A DNA stretch of 12,958 nt from a virus. The stretch's first letter is position 1; every line of letters starts with the position of its first letter. This document shows positions 6,410-12,738 of this stretch, piece after piece. The translations under genes and the position numbers were made by a program. The notes beneath the pieces are model-generated. The model ran no database searches. It saw nothing but the letters and a program-made list of their open reading frames with translations, and was not told where the DNA came from. The stretch lies in IMG/VR virus record IMGVR_UViG_3300045988_165111. The stretch is one strand, 5' to 3'.

Positions 6410-7702
6410 TTAAACATTTTTCTTTTCTTCATCTTCTTTTTCTTCCTCTGTTTCTTCATCTGTTTTTTCTTCTATTTCTTCATCTGTTTTTTCTTCTGTT
6501 TCTTCTTCCGTTTCGGTTGTTGTTTCTTCTTCCGTTTCTACCTCTTTTTCATCTTCTGTTTCTTCTGTTTTTTCTACATTTGTTTCATCTTCTGTTTTTT
6601 CTACATTTGTTTCATCTTCTGTTTCGGTTGTTGTTTCTTCCTCTGAAACATCATTTGTTTCTGTTTCATCAGTTTTTTCATCATCATTTTGTGTTTCAGT
6701 TTCTCCCCGTTCTTCTGCTTTTCCCACATCTTCTATAACCTCACTATCGGGATTTTCCACATTATCCCCAACGTTTTCAACATCTTCTGTTACAAGTTCA
6801 CTTCCGTTTACTTCTTCTTCTACATTGTGAATACTTGCACCGTTAAACGGTCTGTTATCCCAACTTGAATTAAATTCAATTTCAATATTTGTACCAAACA
6901 TTTCATTGATTTTTTCGACTGCTTTTCTACGTTGGTCAATCATATCATCTACTAACGGGTAAAGGTTATCAGTATTTGTTTCAACCTCTGCACTTGTCAA
7001 ACGTTCCCTTTTCATATTATAATTAGCACTTAAACCAATTTCATTATACAAACTTGCTTTTACATATTGTTCAAATTCAAAAAGTTCTGTCATTGAAACG
7101 GTGCTATTAACACTACTTGCATTAACCTTTAAACTATCAAATAATTTACTTTCAGCAATAACACCTAATTCCCCGTCAAAAACTTTCTTTAAAAAGTTCT
7201 TTGCACTTTCAACCGTGTTATCATCATTAGCAGATAAAAGATTTTGAACACGTTTGTTTACAGTTGCAAGTATCATTGTTATATCATTTTCAACTAACAT
7301 TGTGCAGTAACGGTTATACATAGGAAGTAAACCAATATACATACTATCGTTAGGCATAATAACACAATCTGTATCAATGGTTAAAGTTTTGTTATAATTT
7401 AAATACGGGTTATTGATAATAATTTCAGTAGGCATATTATAGGCATTTGGAACACCACCTAAACCACCATTTAAACAGTACAAATTACCGTCAATTTCAC
7501 AAACACAACCCCACCCGTTACATTGTAGTAAAAGTTCAATTTCTCTTTGTGGCATTGTATCGGGTAAATTATGATATTTGAACATAGTAACAGAACGATT
7601 TAACATATATGTTATATAATCGTTCAAATTCTTTTCTTTATTTTTAAAATCATATTTTGTAATATATTCTAACCCCATGTTATACTTGTCAATATTTCCC
7701 AT
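6410..7702 (-). CDS. Portal / upper collar connector (phi29 gp10-like) with a ~140-aa acidic E/T/D repeat C-terminal extension
   Basis: SD GAAAGTGAGGT. The first ~290 aa are collinear with gp10 as I recall it: MFKYHNLPDTMPQREIE vs LFEWENLPPTINPSFLE; NMKRERLTSAEVETN vs LEKKERMVTDEVSSN; RRKAVEKINEMFGTNIEIEF vs REEACEKINELYGLNVKVKF. It is adjacent to the packaging ATPase. Confidence 0.85.
   Translation of the reverse strand: MGNIDKYNMGLEYITKYDFKNKEKNLNDYITYMLNRSVTMFKYHNLPDTMPQREIELLLQCNGWGCVCEIDGNLYCLNGGLGGVPNAYNMPTEIIINNPYLNYNKTLTIDTDCVIMPNDSMYIGLLPMYNRYCTMLVENDITMILATVNKRVQNLLSANDDNTVESAKNFLKKVFDGELGVIAESKLFDSLKVNASSVNSTVSMTELFEFEQYVKASLYNEIGLSANYNMKRERLTSAEVETNTDNLYPLVDDMIDQRRKAVEKINEMFGTNIEIEFNSSWDNRPFNGASIHNVEEEVNGSELVTEDVENVGDNVENPDSEVIEDVGKAEERGETETQNDDEKTDETETNDVSEEETTTETEDETNVEKTEDETNVEKTEETEDEKEVETEEETTTETEEETEEKTDEEIEEKTDEETEEEKEDEEKKNV
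6451..6640 (-). repeat. In-frame tandem and dispersed DNA repeats encoding the acidic portal tail
   Basis: 24-bp x2 (6451-6473, 6475-6497; EEKTDEE units). Perfect 27-bp x2 (6563-6589, 6590-6616; EDETNVEKT x2). A 20-mer gtttcggttgttgtttcttc at 6510-6529 and 6621-6640 (ETTTETE). Confidence 0.9.
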
Positions 7703-7720
7703 TGTTTCAACCTCACTTTC

Positions 7721-8824
7721 TTAAAATCCTTTACAAATTTTTAAATAGTTGTTTATAGTATCCCCGACACCGTTATTTTGATAAAATACACGGTCTGTTT
7801 TGAAAAACCACAAAATACGTTCTTGTAACTTATTTATAGGTTTATATATGTTTCTATTATAGTTCAATTTGTGGCAAAATTCAAGTGTGTAAATTAAATC
7901 ATTGTCAGTATCTTTTAACGGGGTTGTTTTTTCGTGAATAAATGTGAACATTTCCCCGTTTTTATCTGCTACAATTTCACATTGAAAAGTCATACCGTTA
8001 AACATGATAAAATAAGTAAATTCTATTTGAGTTGGTTTATATTTTTCGGGTAAATGTGGGTATATATCTAATTCCCATGCACCACTTGTTATCATATTCA
8101 ATTTCGGGTTATCAAATGCAAAATAAAAATTGTTCTTTTTCTGTTTCTGCATACTGCTACAATATTCAACTGCAACTTTCAATTCACTATTACCGTATGT
8201 GTAAATGTCAATAGTACCTTGTTTCATTTCTTTAATATGCACTAATCCCATTTCTTCAAAATACGGACAATAACGGTTTACAGTATTACCCAACATAAAA
8301 ATTTTAACGTTAGTTCGTTGTCTTACAATGGTAGATACTGTATTCATAAATAATACAAATTCATCTTGTAAATAAACGTGTTTAGTTAAAAATTCATCAA
8401 ACATAATCGTTGTAATTTTTGGGTATGAAATACTTTTATTATGTTCTGTTTCAGATAATGCGAATACATAACCGATACAATCAGTATCAATGTTATAAAC
8501 TGTTTTCCCGTTTTCATCATAGTTACAAACATAGTATCTACCCGAAAAAAACGTTATACCCTTGTATTTTCCTTTTGATAGTTTTTCAACTTCATTGTTT
8601 TCATTGATTGCACTAAAAATTTCACTTGCACGTTTTCCCCGAATATCTTCTTGCCAACGTCTGACAATAGCAAGTTGCCCCCCATTTTCAAAATATTGTT
8701 CTAAACCATACTTTAAAATAGAATAGGTTTTACCGTTGGAACGTTCCCCGAAAATCACGTTATAAACTGCATTTTTGTTTATAATGTTTTTCGGATTGTA
8801 AAAACTTGTTTTCTTTTCTGCCAT
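7721..8824 (-). CDS. DNA packaging (encapsidation) ATPase, phi29 gp16-type
   Basis: Walker A FGERSNGKTYS (GxxxxGKT) is near the N-terminus and Walker B is TTIMFDEF. At 367 aa it is close in size to gp16. It lies immediately upstream of the portal gene. SD AAAAGAGGT. Confidence 0.85.
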   Translation of the reverse strand: MAEKKTSFYNPKNIINKNAVYNVIFGERSNGKTYSILKYGLEQYFENGGQLAIVRRWQEDIRGKRASEIFSAINENNEVEKLSKGKYKGITFFSGRYYVCNYDENGKTVYNIDTDCIGYVFALSETEHNKSISYPKITTIMFDEFLTKHVYLQDEFVLFMNTVSTIVRQRTNVKIFMLGNTVNRYCPYFEEMGLVHIKEMKQGTIDIYTYGNSELKVAVEYCSSMQKQKKNNFYFAFDNPKLNMITSGAWELDIYPHLPEKYKPTQIEFTYFIMFNGMTFQCEIVADKNGEMFTFIHEKTTPLKDTDNDLIYTLEFCHKLNYNRNIYKPINKLQERILWFFKTDRVFYQNNGVGDTINNYLKICKGF

Positions 8825-8848
8825 TATTTTTACCTCTTTTCTATAAAA

Positions 8849-8864
8849 TGTTTCACGTGAAACA
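8849..8864. promoter_or_regulatory. Perfect 16-bp palindrome TGTTTCACGTGAAACA between the polymerase and packaging-ATPase genes (candidate operator / early-late switch site)
   Basis: Read directly from the sequence. It sits in the 47-nt gap at the replication/morphogenesis module junction. The half-site ACGTGTTTC recurs at 251-259. Confidence 0.4.
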
Positions 8865-8871
8865 CGTACAA

Positions 8872-11028
8872 TTAAATAGCACGTGTTCCCGTGAATAAAT
8901 ACCCGTTTCGTAAATCATGTAAAAATTTACTATATTGTTTGCTAATTGATAAAGTAAATTCACATGGGGATAAATGAACACCCGATAACGCAGTAACTTC
9001 AACAACATTGTTTTGATAATCTGTTATCATAGCAGTTATAGAACTATCAATATATGTGTGGGTATGTTTACCCGTTTCATTTTCGGGGATATATAAATCA
9101 TCATTAAAATTTTCAAAAACTTTTTCATAATCATTATTACAAATTCGTAACATATATTCAACCCCGTTTTGCTTTGAAAGTCCTGCAACGGTTAAATGTA
9201 GTTTTTCATCTTTCTTTGAACGTACTAAATAACGTTTTGCACCCAACGTTTTAAAGTGTGTATAAATTCCCTCAAAATCCCATACACCTATTAACTTTTC
9301 AACACCTTTTTTATTTTTTGGTTTTAATCGTTCAAATTCTATTTGTCTAAATTCACACATTTTTTTCAACTTGCGTTCAACGTCTAAATTGTATCGGTTT
9401 ATGTATTCTTTATGCTTTTCATAATTCAAAAATTTTACACTATCTGTATCACTATAAACATAATCAATACCAATTTCAAGAATACCATTCCATAAATTTT
9501 TACGTGCGTATGCAGTAACCCAAACACCCCACGGATAATACAAGAAACGATTACTTGAACTATTGTATTTTTCAATTTGTTCATTCATCATTTCAACCGT
9601 GTATTTTTCATGTTTCCATTCATCTTCATAACCTATATCATCACGGACAATATCAGTTACACACATACCATAAACAGAATTTAACATACCTTTACTTACA
9701 AGATATTCAACTTCTTTTCCCGATACATCTTTTAATGTGGTTTTCTTTTCGTAAAGTTCCACTATTGCAAGTAGTATTGATTTTGGTAAATACTGCATAT
9801 AAAATTTATGAACGTTTGCTATTTCGATACTATCCCACGTATAACATTTATACATGATTTTAAAATCAACATCAGTTATTGTTGTTTGCACGGTATCAGA
9901 TTTGAAAACTCTACCATTGTTAATTATAGGATTTTCAAGAACATCACATTTACTTTCACTTAAATATGTTTCAAATGAAAGTTTACTTTGTAACCCTTTA
10001 AAACGTACAACAAACATTAACCCCACATCATCATTATTAACCCATTCTAAAAATTGTTCTTTTGTTGGGTTTACTTTTTCGGGTTTTGACATAGGGAATT
10101 TTTCAGATAGCATAACATACGGGTAACTACTTGTAAAATCAATGCTTGCAACATCATGTAATAATTCCCCACTATATAACATACTTGCGTGAGTAAATCC
10201 ACCCATGAAACAACGTTTTAACATTGTGTATTCATCAGTAGTTAAAGTTAATTCGTTCATCAATTCTTTGTAACGTTGGTATTTTCCTTTACTGCTTTTC
10301 TTATGATTTTTTTCAGTAAAGTAACATTTATCTTTAACGAACTTTCTAACTCTGCCCGTATTTGTCATAGGAATTTTTGTTATATTTCCGTATTGTTCAA
10401 TTTGTTCATTTATATATGCTAAAACAATTTCAACATCATTGTTACAATATGCAAGTTCATTTTCTGTTAATTCTGTTATGTGTGTACGTGTTAAATTATA
10501 ATCTAAATCCCCGACTAATTTTTTAATATTATGTGATACTAAATTTTCAGCAAGTTTTTCAAGTGAATAACCCGATAAAATATAACTATCTCTAAATTCA
10601 ATACCATAACTGCATAATGCTTTAACGGGTTTTCTTTCATCAACTGCAAAAACATTTAACCAATTAAAATACTTACGCATGAACTGAAATTCATAACTTA
10701 AATTGTGAACATAAACAACTAAAATGTGTTCACTATCTAATAGAAAATATTCTTGCAGTTGTCTACATAAATCTTTAAATTCTTCCCACGTTCTACCATA
10801 GCAAATAAAATTCTTGTCTTTTATTCCAAAAGTCCACTCATACATGAACGCAAATTTTTGTTCATTTTCTAACATAACACTACTTGTTTCAATGTCAAAT
10901 GCACATTCAACATTAAAATACTTTTTAACCGTCTTACTATGATTATCGAATTTTGAAACAATATCAATGTCAATATCGTTCAATTCTTCTAAATCAAAAT
11001 CTTGATATTGTTTCAAGTTTTCCACCAC
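8872..11028 (-). CDS. Protein-primed family-B DNA polymerase (phi29 p2-like)
   Basis: ExoI AFDIETSS, ExoII VHNLSYEFQF, ExoIII LAYCNNDVEIV, CFMGGFTH (YxGG-like), motif A SIDFTSSYPYVM, motif B KGMLNSVYGM, motif C VYSDTDSVKF, KxY LGAKRYL. The GTG start lies 2 nt after the upstream stop with no strong SD, suggesting translational coupling. Confidence 0.92.
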   Translation of the reverse strand: MVENLKQYQDFDLEELNDIDIDIVSKFDNHSKTVKKYFNVECAFDIETSSVMLENEQKFAFMYEWTFGIKDKNFICYGRTWEEFKDLCRQLQEYFLLDSEHILVVYVHNLSYEFQFMRKYFNWLNVFAVDERKPVKALCSYGIEFRDSYILSGYSLEKLAENLVSHNIKKLVGDLDYNLTRTHITELTENELAYCNNDVEIVLAYINEQIEQYGNITKIPMTNTGRVRKFVKDKCYFTEKNHKKSSKGKYQRYKELMNELTLTTDEYTMLKRCFMGGFTHASMLYSGELLHDVASIDFTSSYPYVMLSEKFPMSKPEKVNPTKEQFLEWVNNDDVGLMFVVRFKGLQSKLSFETYLSESKCDVLENPIINNGRVFKSDTVQTTITDVDFKIMYKCYTWDSIEIANVHKFYMQYLPKSILLAIVELYEKKTTLKDVSGKEVEYLVSKGMLNSVYGMCVTDIVRDDIGYEDEWKHEKYTVEMMNEQIEKYNSSSNRFLYYPWGVWVTAYARKNLWNGILEIGIDYVYSDTDSVKFLNYEKHKEYINRYNLDVERKLKKMCEFRQIEFERLKPKNKKGVEKLIGVWDFEGIYTHFKTLGAKRYLVRSKKDEKLHLTVAGLSKQNGVEYMLRICNNDYEKVFENFNDDLYIPENETGKHTHTYIDSSITAMITDYQNNVVEVTALSGVHLSPCEFTLSISKQYSKFLHDLRNGYLFTGTRAI

Positions 11029-11030
11029 CT

Positions 11031-11618
11031 TTACAATTTAATAAAATCCCATTCAGTACCACCGTTTTTATAACCCTCACTATTTGTTTCAACGGGTTGT
11101 ACTTTATCCATAGCATTTAAGTATTTGTTTAATACACTTTCTGTACTTTCTTCATTATCAATAGTAATAACACCTTGCTTTATTTGTTCATTTATTTGTT
11201 GCCATATTTTTTGATAATCTAAAGCAAGTGCAGATTGTTCAGCATTTTTATAATACTGTTTTATCTTGTTTGCAAGTTCAAAAAACTTTTTAGATTTTGT
11301 TTTTAAATCTGCTAAACCATTATATTTAATTCCCGTATTTTGTGCCATTTCTTTTAAAAAAGCATTTGCACCACGTACAGTTGAAGTTTTTGCGTCAAGA
11401 AAGTTTTTTAATCTCCAATATTCAGCTTGTAATTGTTGGTGTGTTTTTCCTTTTACACTAAAACGAATACTTCCGTTTTCTTCCCATGCTTTATATGACG
11501 GTAAATGTGTTAATTCATTTTTTTCAAGACGTTTCAATCTTTTGTTTCCCATGCTTGCCATTCTTGAAACTTCTTTTTTAAGTGCTTTATATTCATCACT
11601 TGCCAATTTTACTGACAT
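11031..11618 (-). CDS. Putative terminal (priming) protein
   Basis: It lies immediately upstream of, and is coupled to, the protein-primed polymerase, matching the phi29 gene 3 - gene 2 order. The N-terminus is basic and helical (KALKKEVSRMASMGNKRLKRLEK). An ITR-bounded linear genome requires such a protein. The call rests on synteny only. Confidence 0.55.
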   Translation of the reverse strand: MSVKLASDEYKALKKEVSRMASMGNKRLKRLEKNELTHLPSYKAWEENGSIRFSVKGKTHQQLQAEYWRLKNFLDAKTSTVRGANAFLKEMAQNTGIKYNGLADLKTKSKKFFELANKIKQYYKNAEQSALALDYQKIWQQINEQIKQGVITIDNEESTESVLNKYLNAMDKVQPVETNSEGYKNGGTEWDFIKL

Positions 11619-11827
11619 TCAAAAACACCCCCTACAAAAAGTTCTTTTTGTTCATCATTACATGAATTATAATATAGAAACAAATATTTAATATTGTTTG
11701 CCCTACCATTTTCAAATGCAGAAAGTGTTTTTGTTTTTATGTCAGTATCTTTACAAATTTCATCTAAAGTTTTGTTTAAAACATTCTTTCTAAAATCTTT
11801 GCAAAAATTACCTACATTTTTAATCAC
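11609..11827 (-). CDS. XRE/Cro-type helix-turn-helix transcriptional regulator (72 aa)
   Basis: FRKNVLNKTLDEICKDTDIKTKTLSAFENGRANNIKYL fits the HTH_XRE pattern (..R....t..el...tgis...ls..E.G......l). GTG start with SD AAAGAGGTG. It overlaps the next ORF by 10 nt. Confidence 0.7.
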   Translation of the reverse strand: MIKNVGNFCKDFRKNVLNKTLDEICKDTDIKTKTLSAFENGRANNIKYLFLYYNSCNDEQKELFVGGVFECQ

Positions 11828-11994
11828 GTTTACACCTCTTTTCTATTCTTGTTACGTTCTAATCTTTTTCCAACAATAACACCTAATGAAAAAAATCCAT
11901 AGCAAAATCAAAAATAATTGAACGTAAACTTTTTTCAATTTCTCCATGAGTATCACAAACAAAATGTGCGTTCATAATTTCATCAAATTCTTTA

Positions 11995-12144
11995 CTATAT
12001 ATTGTGTTTTGGTGCTAATAACCAACTATATGTTTGTTTTCCTAATAACTGCATTGTTTTGTTATAATCATATAAAAACGGTTTATCAATCACATTACCA
12101 TTGCAATCAATTCTAACTTCATTTTCATTAAATTTATTGTTCAT
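11995..12144 (-). CDS. 49-aa small ORF (MNNKFNENEVRIDCNGNVIDKPFLYDYNKTMQLLGKQTYSWLLAPKHNI); possibly the 5' part of a frameshifted ~85-aa gene
   Basis: Not in the ORF track because it is under 60 aa. It carries the conserved SD GAAAGTGAGGT 7 nt upstream of the ATG at 12144. An open +1 frame continues from 12014 to 11883. Confidence 0.5.
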   Translation of the reverse strand: MNNKFNENEVRIDCNGNVIDKPFLYDYNKTMQLLGKQTYSWLLAPKHNI

Positions 12145-12162
12145 GTTTTAACCTCACTTTCT

Positions 12163-12200
12163 AATTAAAACGGGGTAACAAGTTTTACACCCGTTACCCC
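12163..12200 (-). terminator. Rho-independent terminator after the 117-aa early gene
   Basis: The minus strand reads GGGGTAACGGGT-gtaaa-ACTTGTTACCCC followed by GTTTTAATT. The stem is 12 bp with two G-U pairs. Confidence 0.65.
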
Positions 12201-12219
12201 TTGCACCGTATGTTAATAA

Positions 12220-12573
12220 TTAGCAATCAACCCAATTTACAGAATAACAAAGTTCTTTTCTATTATTTGTTTCGTATGGGTAAATTGTAAAACCAAACTT
12301 ACCGTCATTGATAGCATTTACCGTTTCTTCATCACGCATAATTTCACGTGCTACATCTGTCAAATGTTGTGGAAGATTTACCAAACAATCATCAGTTGCA
12401 ATAACAGGACTTTCACCAAAACGTGACTTTTTGTTAATGTAAACTGCACGAACTTTGTACACGTGTTCTTTACCGTTATTGTTGAATAAATCAACTAAAG
12501 AACGATATTCAAAATCTTTTGGAATTTGGAATGTAAAAACATTCACTTTGTTGTACTTGCTTGCAATACTCAT
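12220..12573 (-). CDS. 117-aa early protein in an insulated monocistronic cassette; candidate ssDNA-binding protein (functional analogue of phi29 p5; inference only)
   Basis: It has a consensus promoter, SD GAAAGTGAGGT and its own terminator. It is the first gene inside the right ITR. I recognise no catalytic motif. Confidence 0.85.
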   Translation of the reverse strand: MSIASKYNKVNVFTFQIPKDFEYRSLVDLFNNNGKEHVYKVRAVYINKKSRFGESPVIATDDCLVNLPQHLTDVAREIMRDEETVNAINDGKFGFTIYPYETNNRKELCYSVNWVDC

Positions 12574-12641
12574 TTTAATTACCTCACTTTCATATTTTTA
12601 TTTTTGTTAATGAGTTTGCGTTACCTTATGTAACTGTCTAT

Positions 12642-12670
12642 ATTCTATCATCAATAGAAACTAATGTCAA
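12642..12670 (-). promoter_or_regulatory. Near-consensus sigmaA promoter (early promoter) with an extended -10
   Basis: The minus strand reads TTGACA (12670-12665), a 17-nt spacer, then TGaTAGAAT (-10 at 12647-12642). It lies about 65 nt upstream of the 117-aa ORF. Confidence 0.8.
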
Positions 12671-12738
12671 TAGATTTTTGAAAATTTTTTATGCAATTTC
12701 ATTTTCACTATTTTACATATTTATATAGTAGAAACACT

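Noticed and set aside
6517-6738. 73-aa plus-strand ORF rich in Leu/Phe/His/Pro
   Set aside because: It is the antisense reading of the GAA/GAT/ACA-rich acidic portal repeats, and it has no translation signals.
11828-11994. Possible phi29-type packaging RNA (pRNA) gene in the non-coding stretches (11828-11994, 6281-6409, 12574-12641)
   Set aside because: I could not fold any of these by eye into the multi-helix pRNA architecture, and the gaps are barely long enough. As far as I know pRNA is confined to Bacillus phi29 relatives. A covariance-model search would settle it.
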